A stretch of 47,764 nucleotides of DNA from a virus (IMGVR_UViG_3300049033_000044:1-47764); one strand, 5' to 3'; counted from the first letter of the stretch, positions 36,045 to 45,326 are shown. Notes: a model not told the origin generated them from the letters alone. Program-made: numbers and translations.

Positions 36045-37706
36045 TCACAACTCCGCATCAGCTTGATACGTGCCAGAATTTTGGCGCGCGGCATTTGTCG
36101 TGGATCGACCGAGACCTGCGCTATATATGTTGACTTGAGAGCTTGAGAAAGTTCCGTAGTCGGATGTACCAGTTACGGTCGGAGTCGTTCTTTTTTGTGT
36201 GCGCCAATTCACATTTGCGTACACAGATGCAATAATGTCACCATTATTGCCGCCATAAACATCAATCCATTCGCCACGTTCATAGAATCGCTCGCAGAGA
36301 ACTTTTTCTTGTGCAAGCAAACGAGGAATAAACGGATCAGCTTCATTTCTTGCATCGCCGATTCGAAACGAAACGTGTTGAATGTCAAATGTGCCGCTTT
36401 GGTGGCCAAGATTCTGTGTTCGAGCATTGAGTGTAGACCCAGCGTCAAACCAAAACCAGACAGCCGTAAAGTCATTCAGATTAGTGCCGAGAGTTTTTCC
36501 GCTGACAGATGGCAAGTCAAACACCAATGAGTACTTTTGCCAGGTTGTGTTGAGCGTTACTCGTTGTGCTCCGATTCCTTGAATTTCAGCCGACGGCGCT
36601 CCGCCGGTGCCGAAATTCTGGTCGAGGCTCACAGCAATATCTTTTGACGAGTCAGCTTTGGCTTCAAATGTGACAGTAATTCGCTTACCGGCCCACTTAG
36701 CTACTTGCTCCACTCGTTGAGTCATGCCGACGTAATTGGCAGCACCTGCGACTGACGTAGCAACGTGGCGCATGAAGTATTTTGCGCCATGTGACCGATC
36801 ACCTAGCACGTTGACTTGTCGACTCGCTACTTTAGTCGAGCCAGCATTACCGCAAAGCCACCGATCGGTGCTGCCATAGTTTGAGCCTGTTTGACTCGTG
36901 GCTCGCTCCCAAAAATCAAAGTCACCGTTGATGCACTCATTCGCAGCGTGCACCGGGCCGCCGTTGATCGAAAGAATCTTGCTAATCGCTTGACTGCCCA
37001 TATCAAGCGGACCGGACATGGTATCACCCGACTTGCTGACCTTGGTAGCCAAATCACCAGACGTCACACCAGTAGCAAGCACCCAAGCCTGCCATACGCC
37101 GTCGAGTCGTACGCGAACCCAAATCTTCGCAGAGTTGTCGCGCTCGACCAACATTTGCATGACGTTATCGGTGGACTGCGCGGAGACAATCAGCGCAAGA
37201 TTCCGAGTTACGCCAGTGTCGATCGACCCAGGCAAATTCGCAGCCGACGAAGGATCGACGGTGTAGAATCCGTCATACCATGCATCGTCCAGATCCGAGA
37301 TTGGCTGAGCAGCCAGTTGCAACGCATCCGGCATAGCCTGGTCAAGAATCCGCCACGTACCGGCAGTCGCGGTATTAGCGATCTTTTCGAACAACGAACG
37401 AATCACCAGAGGTGACCAAGGGCGAACCTGCGCAGATGCCGCAATCAACTCAGGTGTGCCAGCATCATCGGCAACTTCAACGCTGAGTCGTGTGCCCTGA
37501 GTCACCACAGCAGGGTTGACAAAAATCTCAGCAAAATCCCGAAGGTGCACGACCGGAAAACCGCCAGGAGTCACGCCGTCCATCAGACGGAGAGTCCACG
37601 TTTGCGTGTCGATCAGCACCTGACGTGGAAAACCATTGTATACATCCAAAACACCGGTCGTTGAACCGGGGAATCGGACAACTTTATAATCGCTCGGAAA
37701 GGTCAT
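36045..37706 (-). CDS. tail fibre / receptor-binding protein (553 aa)
   Basis: N-terminal motif VYNGFPRQVLIDTQTWTLRLMDGVTPGG matches the common fibre N-terminal signature (...DT....LR..DG...GG), seen for example in Mtd-type and many podovirus fibres. RBS AGGAGAA. Confidence 0.6.
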   Translation of the reverse strand: MTFPSDYKVVRFPGSTTGVLDVYNGFPRQVLIDTQTWTLRLMDGVTPGGFPVVHLRDFAEIFVNPAVVTQGTRLSVEVADDAGTPELIAASAQVRPWSPLVIRSLFEKIANTATAGTWRILDQAMPDALQLAAQPISDLDDAWYDGFYTVDPSSAANLPGSIDTGVTRNLALIVSAQSTDNVMQMLVERDNSAKIWVRVRLDGVWQAWVLATGVTSGDLATKVSKSGDTMSGPLDMGSQAISKILSINGGPVHAANECINGDFDFWERATSQTGSNYGSTDRWLCGNAGSTKVASRQVNVLGDRSHGAKYFMRHVATSVAGAANYVGMTQRVEQVAKWAGKRITVTFEAKADSSKDIAVSLDQNFGTGGAPSAEIQGIGAQRVTLNTTWQKYSLVFDLPSVSGKTLGTNLNDFTAVWFWFDAGSTLNARTQNLGHQSGTFDIQHVSFRIGDARNEADPFIPRLLAQEKVLCERFYERGEWIDVYGGNNGDIIASVYANVNWRTQKRTTPTVTGTSDYGTFSSSQVNIYSAGLGRSTTNAARQNSGTYQADAEL

Positions 37707-37720
37707 TTTTGATTCTCCTA

Positions 37721-38326
37721 TTACGACCAGGACGACCAGGTTCCGGCGGTGCGTCGGCGTGTGTAGATGGTATTGGTTGCGTCAGTCATCGAAATGACTC
37801 GTTGAATGATGACCTCAACATCTGTCTCGGTCACACCGGCAAAAACAGTCAGTGCGCCACTCTGCGCTCCGAGTCCTGCCGGCTTGTTATCTGCGGTTGG
37901 GTTGGCAACATAATTGCCAGACTCCAAAGCTTGATTATAGTCCGCGATCTGAGACTCGACCTTAGCAGAAAGACGACCACTAAGTCGAATCACAGGATCA
38001 GCAGCGCCGTTCCCATTATCGACCAAGACTCCGCCTTCACCTTTCAGTGTGCGGAGTCGATAGGTCCCTTTGGCTGTACGAGCCATGAATCCCCGAAGGT
38101 CTGAAGCGAACTTCACTTGGCCGAGATCGTGGTCGACGGACATAAAGAGTCGCTTCAGCTGCTCCAAGTTCGGGAGTCGCCAACCACCTTTCCGGCGGCC
38201 GTCGTGAAGACGCAACTCATTCCGCTGCGTATCCACAGTAAGCTGACGCGCTGGCCCAGTATACGCGTCCTGAATCGCCGTGATGTCACCCGGCTGCTGG
38301 ACCTTCTTATCGATAGGTGTCACCAT
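37721..38326 (-). CDS. second tail fibre-like protein (201 aa) sharing the N-terminal adaptor motif
   Basis: AYTGPARQLTVDTQRNELRLHDGRRKGG aligns with the N-terminus of the 553-aa fibre. Confidence 0.55.
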   Translation of the reverse strand: MVTPIDKKVQQPGDITAIQDAYTGPARQLTVDTQRNELRLHDGRRKGGWRLPNLEQLKRLFMSVDHDLGQVKFASDLRGFMARTAKGTYRLRTLKGEGGVLVDNGNGAADPVIRLSGRLSAKVESQIADYNQALESGNYVANPTADNKPAGLGAQSGALTVFAGVTETDVEVIIQRVISMTDATNTIYTRRRTAGTWSSWS

Positions 38327-38339
38327 GGTCTGAGTCCCA

Positions 38340-40187
38340 TTAAATTTGCTGTCCGGCCGAATGTACGGTCAGCGCCAGCGTGCGAATGTGAAATTTATCG
38401 CCGATCTGACTTGTCGAATAGCGTAATCGATGATTATGTCCATGCGAGAAGCAAGTCCAGAAATCGATATCAGCCTTTCGAATCGCCAGTGCCGGCTCGA
38501 CCACCAACTCGCCATCATACCCGTCAAGGTCTGAGATGACTTCCAACTGGTAATCGTATTGATTCAGGCAAGCTTGCGGCCCACCCCAATCTTCGTCTTC
38601 TTCGGTCGACTGATTCCAGTCATCGAGGCCAATCGGCTCAACACCGCCTTCCGGAGTATCTCCCCAGTCCTCAGCAATGCCGAAGTTATTCCAGTCAAAC
38701 GACGTTGGGCCAATGACTGAATCGTTGTAGTCGACCGACTCCGAAGACCCAATCAAGTTCCAGTCCTCTTCCGGTCCTGAAATAGCTGCCACGTCATCCC
38801 AGTCATCAGAGTAATCCAAAAGACCAAACTTGTTCCAGTCTTCAGCATCCGAATAGAACCCAATGTTCCAGCTGACCGCCGCATTCGGGCCGTTCCAGTC
38901 TTCAAGAATCCCTTCTTCGATCGCACGAGTTGTGTTAACCGTGGTTTGGATTTCCTGAATCTCAAAGTTCAGATCAGCAGCGGGAGCACCTTCAGTGGGC
39001 CGAATGAACGCTAATTCAACCCACGAATCCAACGCCGACTGCAAGCCTTCCGCAGATTCATTGAATGGGCCTTCGTGAATCTGTCGAACGAATCCGTCAA
39101 TATCCACATACCCGAAAGCGTAGTCATCAGTGGCAATGCGAATGAATCCATAGTGATTTTCCGAAAAGAATCCCCACTTGTCGATGTTGACACTCAGCAC
39201 TGGCGTCTGGTTGAACACGCCAGTTCGATCCATGACTTGCAAAAAGAGTAAGTCCTCTTCCTGTAAATACACCGGCCGAACCACGATATCGGATTTCCCT
39301 TTCAAGAATCCGCGCAACCACTCATTGAACGCAGGTGCGATTGGCTCGATCTGCCCAGACGACGTTACACGCTGGAGTCCAGACTTTGTGACCACAAGCG
39401 TAGACCCGTCGGCCATATCACACCAAGCTGCCCCTGCGAGAAGCAACTGCTCAGTGTTGACTCGGTCCCAGCGATACACCGTGTCAGTCGCCGTGTATTC
39501 TGCAATGATGACTCCGCCGTCAGTCCAAACCAAGAATCCACCCTCGAAGCTGGTGATTGCTCTGGGCAAACCAGGAATCAACTCAGCAATGACCTGGAAG
39601 CCGGCACCACCAAGAGCAGGAGTCAAATCATCGCCATTAAACGGCGCTGACCAACTAACGAGGAACTTTGACAGAATCACCAGACGGCCATTGTTTTCGA
39701 TGATCGCTAGCACATCTTCCGGAGTGTCCGTGGTTCCAGCATACGGAGTCAACGTGTCGTCAGCAACTTTGCTGAGTCCGTGCTGCGGATGGCAAACATA
39801 GTTGGCATAGCCGACATACGCATGAGTCCACTTTTCATCCGCAGGCGCGGGAGAATACGGCGTTTCCAGCTCTGCCATCTGATGCCAGTACTGAATCAAC
39901 GCAGGGGCATCCGACGACATTGCAAACGGCCACCGACGTTCGATGATGCGTTCACTGGAAAACACCAGAGTCCGATCAGACATCGTCAGCGATTCAACAG
40001 GATAAATCCCATCGCTGATTTTCAGATCGCCGAGCGTTGTCGTGCCGTAAAACGAGCGAGGCCCGCGACTCGTGAAGAAATAGTTCTTGCCGTCACGAAC
40101 AAAAAGACTCCCACTCTCGGAAGCTTTCACTTCGACAGCAGGAGTCCAGGATTGGATCTCAGGGAATGAAATCAGAGCCGAGGGCAT
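38340..40187 (-). CDS. tail structural protein (615 aa; nozzle / tubular-B-like by size and position) with C-terminal acidic DW-repeat region
   Basis: ORF track. Located just upstream of the fibre genes. Nine [DS]W[NDG] repeats lie between aa 429 and 534. Confidence 0.45.
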   Translation of the reverse strand: MPSALISFPEIQSWTPAVEVKASESGSLFVRDGKNYFFTSRGPRSFYGTTTLGDLKISDGIYPVESLTMSDRTLVFSSERIIERRWPFAMSSDAPALIQYWHQMAELETPYSPAPADEKWTHAYVGYANYVCHPQHGLSKVADDTLTPYAGTTDTPEDVLAIIENNGRLVILSKFLVSWSAPFNGDDLTPALGGAGFQVIAELIPGLPRAITSFEGGFLVWTDGGVIIAEYTATDTVYRWDRVNTEQLLLAGAAWCDMADGSTLVVTKSGLQRVTSSGQIEPIAPAFNEWLRGFLKGKSDIVVRPVYLQEEDLLFLQVMDRTGVFNQTPVLSVNIDKWGFFSENHYGFIRIATDDYAFGYVDIDGFVRQIHEGPFNESAEGLQSALDSWVELAFIRPTEGAPAADLNFEIQEIQTTVNTTRAIEEGILEDWNGPNAAVSWNIGFYSDAEDWNKFGLLDYSDDWDDVAAISGPEEDWNLIGSSESVDYNDSVIGPTSFDWNNFGIAEDWGDTPEGGVEPIGLDDWNQSTEEDEDWGGPQACLNQYDYQLEVISDLDGYDGELVVEPALAIRKADIDFWTCFSHGHNHRLRYSTSQIGDKFHIRTLALTVHSAGQQI

Positions 40188-40357
40188 TAAGGGCCTCCTT
40201 CTAGCACTTCGATTCGCTTCAGAAGTGCGTCTTGAGTTTTCATCAAATCATCGATGAGCTTTGATTGAGTCGTCACCAAAGCATCAAGGTCCCGGCAATC
40301 CTTGATGATCTCATCGAGGTCGACTTTGCGACCGAATCGCCGGAACCTATTGCTCAT
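40187..40357 (-). CDS. small helical protein (56 aa)
   Basis: Track ORF 40187..40369 (TTG). ATG 40357 is preferred because it overlaps the upstream stop as ATGA. Confidence 0.5.
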   Translation of the reverse strand: MSNRFRRFGRKVDLDEIIKDCRDLDALVTTQSKLIDDLMKTQDALLKRIEVLEGGP

Positions 40358-41949
40358 AACGTACTCCAATCATACGGCTCGTTCTTGGTTGGTGCCGCAG
40401 TATCCAGCGTGAACGCATTCAGCTGCTTCAACAACATTGCATAGAAATCCGCATTTGTGTTTGCGGATTCAACGACAGGATCTGCCATCCCGTCAGTAGC
40501 TGGCCTAGACTCAGACTTCGGCTTATTTCTGTCCTGAGAACCGCTGTTCCCAGAACCGAGTCCATACCGAGCACCGCTATTTTCGCGATAGCTCTGATCA
40601 ACAGTCGAAGAGTTGAAAAACCCTGCGATTCGTTCGCCAATGCTGTTAATCGGCTGGCCTTCCGGGCCCTCCGAATTCCATTCGGGCGAATTGCGAATCC
40701 CGTCTTGAATCGTGTCAAGCATATACCCAACAGGATTCATTACAGCGCCGACCACATTCTTGCCGACAGCCAAAGGATCTTGAGTCTTCAACCCAACTTC
40801 AAGTGCCCCAAAACCGCCACGTCGAGTAGTCTTCGGCTGAGTCGGAGCAGCAGGTTCAGGTTGGCCTCGCGCTTTTCGACCATCCGGAGTCGTGACCATC
40901 GGATCTCGATAGCCAGGCATTGGCTGCGATTCCTTTGGCATTTCACCAGCAAAGGCATTCTTTGACCCCAGCAACTCGTCGAACGCGCTGGTGAGCGCAT
41001 CAGTGATTCGACTGACACCGCCCGAGTACGCAACTGAAACCGGCGCGCTATTTTGAAAGTCTTTTTTGCCTGCTTCGTACGGACTTTCTTTGCCGGGCTT
41101 AAACCCTTCGACTCGCTCCATCGAATCCAGCATGGCCGTACGCTGTGCAGGAGACAGATCAGAGAGTCGAGTGTTGGGGTCAACACCAATGTCCTTGGCT
41201 ACTGTTTTGGTGTAACCCTTGGTATTGTTCTCGTGCGGCGGAGCATACCGAGAAATTGCCTCGGCAAGAGTCTTGTCTTTGTAATTCTTGCCTTCAAACA
41301 GCAACGATTCTTTGGCTTTGCGGCCAGCTTCGTAGCTTTCGTAAACTGCGAATCGACCATCGGTACCAATAGCCCCAGTTTTTTTAGCGAACTCGCCATA
41401 CTCGATGTTGCCGGGGTTGTTGTTGCGCCAGTTGCGAGCGCCCTGTCGAGTCACGATTGAACCGTCAGCTAGCTGCACCGTGGTGTACCCAGCGCCAGCT
41501 TCGATGACCGACCTGAAGCTGTTTACAGGATCGCCGACTCCAAAAGCTGAAGCTAATCCGCCAATGGCTTTGTCGATCGCAGGCGAAGTCGCACTGCGCA
41601 AACCACCAGTAATGCTGGCTCCGATCGACGAAAGTGCATCGCCGACTCGAGAAGCAAGTCCAGAAGTGCGTTGATCACGCTGACTGCCTCGACCATCGGA
41701 GTTACCACCGCCAAGACTCGCCTTGCCCTGACTAGCTGAATTGCGCGAATCACGCTGGGAACCACGGCCATCGGAATTTCCATCCCCTTTGCCGATTCCG
41801 CTACCGCCTACACTGCGAGCCGACTGAACTTGGTCTCGTTGACTCCCGCGACCGTCATTGTTGCTAGGAGATTTACTGCCGCCACCGCCGCCAGGAGTCG
41901 ACTTGGAACCGCCACCGCGATTCGCGTTTTCTGGATCTGTCATACCCAT
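40354..41949 (-). CDS. virion-associated protein (531 aa) with N-terminal Gly/Ser/Arg peptide repeats and a conserved-looking NWRNNNPGNIEYG core
   Basis: ORF track. Three copies of N[NS]DGRGSQRD and two of GGGSKS in the first 92 aa. The function is unknown (a wall-degrading or internal protein is possible). Confidence 0.5.
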   Translation of the reverse strand: MGMTDPENANRGGGSKSTPGGGGGSKSPSNNDGRGSQRDQVQSARSVGGSGIGKGDGNSDGRGSQRDSRNSASQGKASLGGGNSDGRGSQRDQRTSGLASRVGDALSSIGASITGGLRSATSPAIDKAIGGLASAFGVGDPVNSFRSVIEAGAGYTTVQLADGSIVTRQGARNWRNNNPGNIEYGEFAKKTGAIGTDGRFAVYESYEAGRKAKESLLFEGKNYKDKTLAEAISRYAPPHENNTKGYTKTVAKDIGVDPNTRLSDLSPAQRTAMLDSMERVEGFKPGKESPYEAGKKDFQNSAPVSVAYSGGVSRITDALTSAFDELLGSKNAFAGEMPKESQPMPGYRDPMVTTPDGRKARGQPEPAAPTQPKTTRRGGFGALEVGLKTQDPLAVGKNVVGAVMNPVGYMLDTIQDGIRNSPEWNSEGPEGQPINSIGERIAGFFNSSTVDQSYRENSGARYGLGSGNSGSQDRNKPKSESRPATDGMADPVVESANTNADFYAMLLKQLNAFTLDTAAPTKNEPYDWSTL

Positions 41950-41951
41950 AG

Positions 41952-42305
41952 TCAGACACCCTTCTCGGTTAGCGCACTTTTCAAATAATGAATGAGTCGC
42001 CGAATATCATCAGACAACTCTTCAATGACTTCCCGCTCGCGCTTTTCCTTACGAGCGGTGTCATCGTGTATTTCAATCAACCGATCGATCAGCAACTGAA
42101 TCGCTTTGGTAAGCTGCGCAATTGCTTCGTTTCCGGCCGCATTCGGCACAGACGGAACTTGTACGTCTTCCGGTTTGATATGCTTGGCTTTCACCCACCC
42201 AAGACTCACTGCGAGTCCACTGATAACAGCAACGACAAATGCACTAGCGTACTGAATCAGCTGGGAGATTTCATTTGCCGACAATACGACGGTCTCGCCT
42301 GCCAT
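41952..42305 (-). CDS. single-pass membrane protein (117 aa); holin/antiholin candidate
   Basis: Hydrophobic helix ASAFVVAVISGLAVSLGWV; last gene of the lysis cluster. Confidence 0.45.
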   Translation of the reverse strand: MAGETVVLSANEISQLIQYASAFVVAVISGLAVSLGWVKAKHIKPEDVQVPSVPNAAGNEAIAQLTKAIQLLIDRLIEIHDDTARKEKREREVIEELSDDIRRLIHYLKSALTEKGV

Positions 42306-42756
42306 TTTGGTAAATCCTTGCGTCCATGATTCCGTAGTAGATCGCGCCGAACTCGGAAGCTACCATAGGCAGCGAGAATCCCAGCATGACCGCAAGTAAG
42401 TTGTCATAGACTTGATACGAGATAAAAAGTCCAACCGACAGCATTGAAAATGTGACTACCCCCATTATAGCCCTGGCTACTCGAATCCATGGCGTCACCG
42501 ACTCCATCGATCCATTTACCAGCAAGCCAATGATTCCGAGCGCCCCCGTGCCCGTCAGCAAATAAGCCCAACAATACTCAGGCATCCACACCGCCATAGC
42601 AATAAAGACACGGCTGTTATCGAACGAATCCTGAGGATGCCACAAGATTAGCCCAATCGCAAGCAGTTGACTCGCTGCCAACCACTCCAAAGCGCGGTCG
42701 CGAAACTTGTGTTTGATTCGGCACAAGATCGCTTTCATGAGTCCGCGCTTCGGCAT
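42271..42756 (-). CDS. polytopic membrane protein (161 aa, ~4 TM helices); holin candidate
   Basis: Track ORF 42271..42876. Start moved to ATG 42756 (GGAGGAG 8 nt upstream), downstream of the o-spanin stop at 42785. Confidence 0.5.
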   Translation of the reverse strand: MPKRGLMKAILCRIKHKFRDRALEWLAASQLLAIGLILWHPQDSFDNSRVFIAMAVWMPEYCWAYLLTGTGALGIIGLLVNGSMESVTPWIRVARAIMGVVTFSMLSVGLFISYQVYDNLLAVMLGFSLPMVASEFGAIYYGIMDARIYQNGRRDRRIVGK

Positions 42757-42784
42757 TTCGTCGTCTCCTCCGTACACAAACCAC

Positions 42785-43027
42785 TCAGGGGAGGGAAGTT
42801 GTCCGGCTGTCCTTATAACACCCGAACTCTTGAACACGGAGTTGATTCCGCGCAATTGCTCGTGCTGCTGGTTCATCGTTTTTCACCAAGTATCTGTTGG
42901 TCGACGGCTGAGTCTTGATGTTGACTAGCACGTCGCACGGTTGAATTCCAGTCGTACAGCTAACAACCACCAAGGATGTCGCAGAGAGCAGACTCATCCG
43001 CATCGAAAACGAGATTATCGATTTCAC
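42785..43027 (-). CDS. outer-membrane lipoprotein spanin (o-spanin, 80 aa)
   Basis: Signal peptide MKSIISFSMRMSLLSATSLVVVSC with lipobox VVS|C. GTG start with AAGGAG 7 nt upstream. Begins inside the 3' end of the i-spanin gene in another frame (overlapped spanin architecture). Confidence 0.7.
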   Translation of the reverse strand: MKSIISFSMRMSLLSATSLVVVSCTTGIQPCDVLVNIKTQPSTNRYLVKNDEPAARAIARNQLRVQEFGCYKDSRTTSLP

Positions 43028-43172
43028 TGATTTGCTCCTTGGTTACGAGTCGCTCTTTGACCAGTGCATTCTTGACTGCCTGCTTCCCTTGCGCAGAACC
43101 GACAAGATACACTGGAATCGAAACTAGGGGCACCGCGATAAGTGCCCCCAGCCCCATCCAAAGCCATTTCAT
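42960..43172 (-). CDS. inner-membrane spanin (i-spanin, 70 aa)
   Basis: N-terminal TM helix WLWMGLGALIAVPLVSIPVYLV followed by a charged helical periplasmic part. The ATG overlaps the lysin stop. Confidence 0.6.
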   Translation of the reverse strand: MKWLWMGLGALIAVPLVSIPVYLVGSAQGKQAVKNALVKERLVTKEQISEIDNLVFDADESALCDILGGC

Positions 43173-44053
43173 CAGATGACTTCTTCCGAACGAATCCGGC
43201 GATAGAAGTAGTACGCCGCAGTGGCGCCCATGATGACGACAACGCCGGCCAGGCCGTATTGCAACGGCGGTGAATCCGCAGTAGCCGAAATGATGGTCGT
43301 GATCAACGCTGCGATAGCCGACAGGGATTCGGGCTTCGAGATTGCGTCGGTTGCGGTGGGCTTGCTCGGAATCGCAGGTGCTTCCATCTGCGGTGCGAGC
43401 TCTTCGGGCTGCTCCATCGGAGTCGACGGAGTCTTCTGCGTGTTCGGGAAGTCAGCAACCTGACGAACGTATTCGTCGTAGATCTGAATGCCGAATCCAA
43501 TGACACCAGGCTGACGCTTGAACACGCCCTTGGGATCGACGCCGGTGAGTCGATACTCCCAGCCACGACCATTGGATGCCCAGCCTTGCTTGCCCTTGAT
43601 CTGTCGGCAGAATTCGAGATGCCGGAGAACAAAAGCAGTGATCAGCGCCGGGACTCCCTCAGACCACTTCGTCACGCCATTCATTGTGGCAGGACCAAAA
43701 TGGCCGTCGATCTTTTCGTTGTAGAGCCCATAAGCTTGCAGAACGATCTGCAGGATCTTGACTCCGCGACTTGGTCCGGACATGACTGCTGTGTTGAACA
43801 TGGCGTAGTCGAGACCTGCAGGAAGCTGATCGCAGCCAGCCATCGGCCAGTAGAATCGACGATAGATTTCTTCAGCGACCGCCAACGTGAGGTTCTTGAC
43901 CTCATCCACTGTTGCCTGGCGGCCATAGAATCGGCTCAGAGTGCCGATTGTGATTCCGTACTTGGTCGGGCCACCCCGATCCGTTTTTGCATTGACGTAA
44001 CCACCTTCATGCCCGAAGTTAATCACCAATGCTTTTTTCAGCGTTTGTCGCAT
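43172..44053 (-). CDS. GH108-family muramidase (endolysin) with PG_binding_3-like region and C-terminal membrane segment (293 aa)
   Basis: GHEGGYVNAKTDRGGPTKYGIT is the GH108 EGGY catalytic motif. The downstream region resembles the usual peptidoglycan-binding domain. The last ~55 aa contain two hydrophobic helices (LSAIAALITTIISATA, GLAGVVVIMGATAAYYFY). Confidence 0.8.
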   Translation of the reverse strand: MRQTLKKALVINFGHEGGYVNAKTDRGGPTKYGITIGTLSRFYGRQATVDEVKNLTLAVAEEIYRRFYWPMAGCDQLPAGLDYAMFNTAVMSGPSRGVKILQIVLQAYGLYNEKIDGHFGPATMNGVTKWSEGVPALITAFVLRHLEFCRQIKGKQGWASNGRGWEYRLTGVDPKGVFKRQPGVIGFGIQIYDEYVRQVADFPNTQKTPSTPMEQPEELAPQMEAPAIPSKPTATDAISKPESLSAIAALITTIISATADSPPLQYGLAGVVVIMGATAAYYFYRRIRSEEVI

Positions 44054-44065
44054 ATTGATTCCCTT

Positions 44066-44785
44066 CTACGACGAGCCAAATGTCCCGATGTTGGAAGCTT
44101 CAGTCTCCTGCATACCTTCCAACGCCGACATGTACTGCGAGTAGTTGGAGCGCGCACGATTCTGATCATCCATACGCGTGTAAGCCTTGGCTCGCAGACC
44201 AGACTTCAACATTTCCTCGTGACGCTGAATCAACCAGTTCGTGGTCTTCTCCATTGCGTCGGCGAGATTCTCAGTTGCGCTGTCTGGCTGAGTGTAAAGC
44301 CCGGTTCGCAAATCGTAAATCAGCGGACGAACCTCTGACTTCTTGTAGTACGACAAAGACTTAAGATACTCAAACCACGACAGTCGAATCTTGGCTCCTG
44401 TTCTGCCGGCGCCAAACATGGCGATCATCGGACCAGAACGGTACCAGCGATAGAGATCGCTGAGATTCGACGTAACCGGGCGCATAGCCACGGTAGGATC
44501 GCGATGAGTCGCATACTGACGTGGGCCCATGAAATACACTGCTTCCATGGCCTGCCATCTCGCGACTCGTGGGATAGCCCACAGAAAACTGCCGTTGTCT
44601 TGCACTGAATCAATTACGACTTCGAGTTCGAGTCGATTGTCGTTGAAGAACACCGGCAGTTTTGTCTGGGCGTGCGTATGCACCTCCCGCATAACCTGAT
44701 TGAGGAAGCCCGGCAACATATTGATAATGTCAGGACGAATCAGCTCGATAGCAATTTCGTCGATGATTTGGCTGAACGTTGTCAT
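44066..44785 (-). CDS. virion structural protein (239 aa); head-tail adaptor / tubular-A candidate by position
   Basis: ORF track; RBS GAGGAAG. No motif-level support. Confidence 0.4.
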   Translation of the reverse strand: MTTFSQIIDEIAIELIRPDIINMLPGFLNQVMREVHTHAQTKLPVFFNDNRLELEVVIDSVQDNGSFLWAIPRVARWQAMEAVYFMGPRQYATHRDPTVAMRPVTSNLSDLYRWYRSGPMIAMFGAGRTGAKIRLSWFEYLKSLSYYKKSEVRPLIYDLRTGLYTQPDSATENLADAMEKTTNWLIQRHEEMLKSGLRAKAYTRMDDQNRARSNYSQYMSALEGMQETEASNIGTFGSS

Positions 44786-44816
44786 GGCTTCCTCAATTAG
44801 TCTGCGGAAAGTCGAA

Positions 44817-45326
44817 TCAGGAATTCTTGATCGACTTGGGGTCCTTAATCGACCGGCTGGTCAGCATACCGCGAATTGCCGACGATGCATCGGATTCGAC
44901 AGCGGCCGCGGCCTGCCAGTTGTAGGCGACGATGTTGACCTTGTCCTGGCCACCGAGAGTCTTGTAAAGTTCGGCGAAGAGCTCGAGTTCTTCCATCGTG
45001 TAGATGTAGAGAATCGAATCGTAGAAAACGAACTGGCCGACCTGGAAAAGCCGAACCTGCTTGTGCCGAAATGCGGCGATCGGCTCCTTCGGGGATTCGT
45101 CGGGCTCTGCTCCGTCTTCGCGGAGATCGGGAAACAGAGTCTTCATCTTCTGCTGGACTTCCGGCGACATTGCAGCCGGAGCGCCAAACAGATTGGCATT
45201 GAGAGTCTCGGCCAGCTGATCGCCAGGATTCTCGTTCTTGACTTCCACGACGTCGGTCGAGGCAGTCGAATCGGTGGGCTTGTCCGTGCTATTGGCGGTA
45301 GCGCCAGCCTGTTGCAAAAGGCTCAT
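44817..45326 (-). CDS. hypothetical virion-module protein (169 aa)
   Basis: Track ORF 44817..45404. Start moved to ATG 45326 (AAGGAA upstream), because the upstream part overlaps the capsid-gene terminator. Confidence 0.55.
   Translation of the reverse strand: MSLLQQAGATANSTDKPTDSTASTDVVEVKNENPGDQLAETLNANLFGAPAAMSPEVQQKMKTLFPDLREDGAEPDESPKEPIAAFRHKQVRLFQVGQFVFYDSILYIYTMEELELFAELYKTLGGQDKVNIVAYNWQAAAAVESDASSAIRGMLTSRSIKDPKSIKNS

Noticed and set aside
36045-38326. Diversity-generating retroelement, suggested by the Mtd-like N-terminal fibre motif
   Set aside because: No reverse transcriptase gene is present and I found no template/variable repeat pair near the fibre 3' ends. The motif is a widespread fibre attachment signature.
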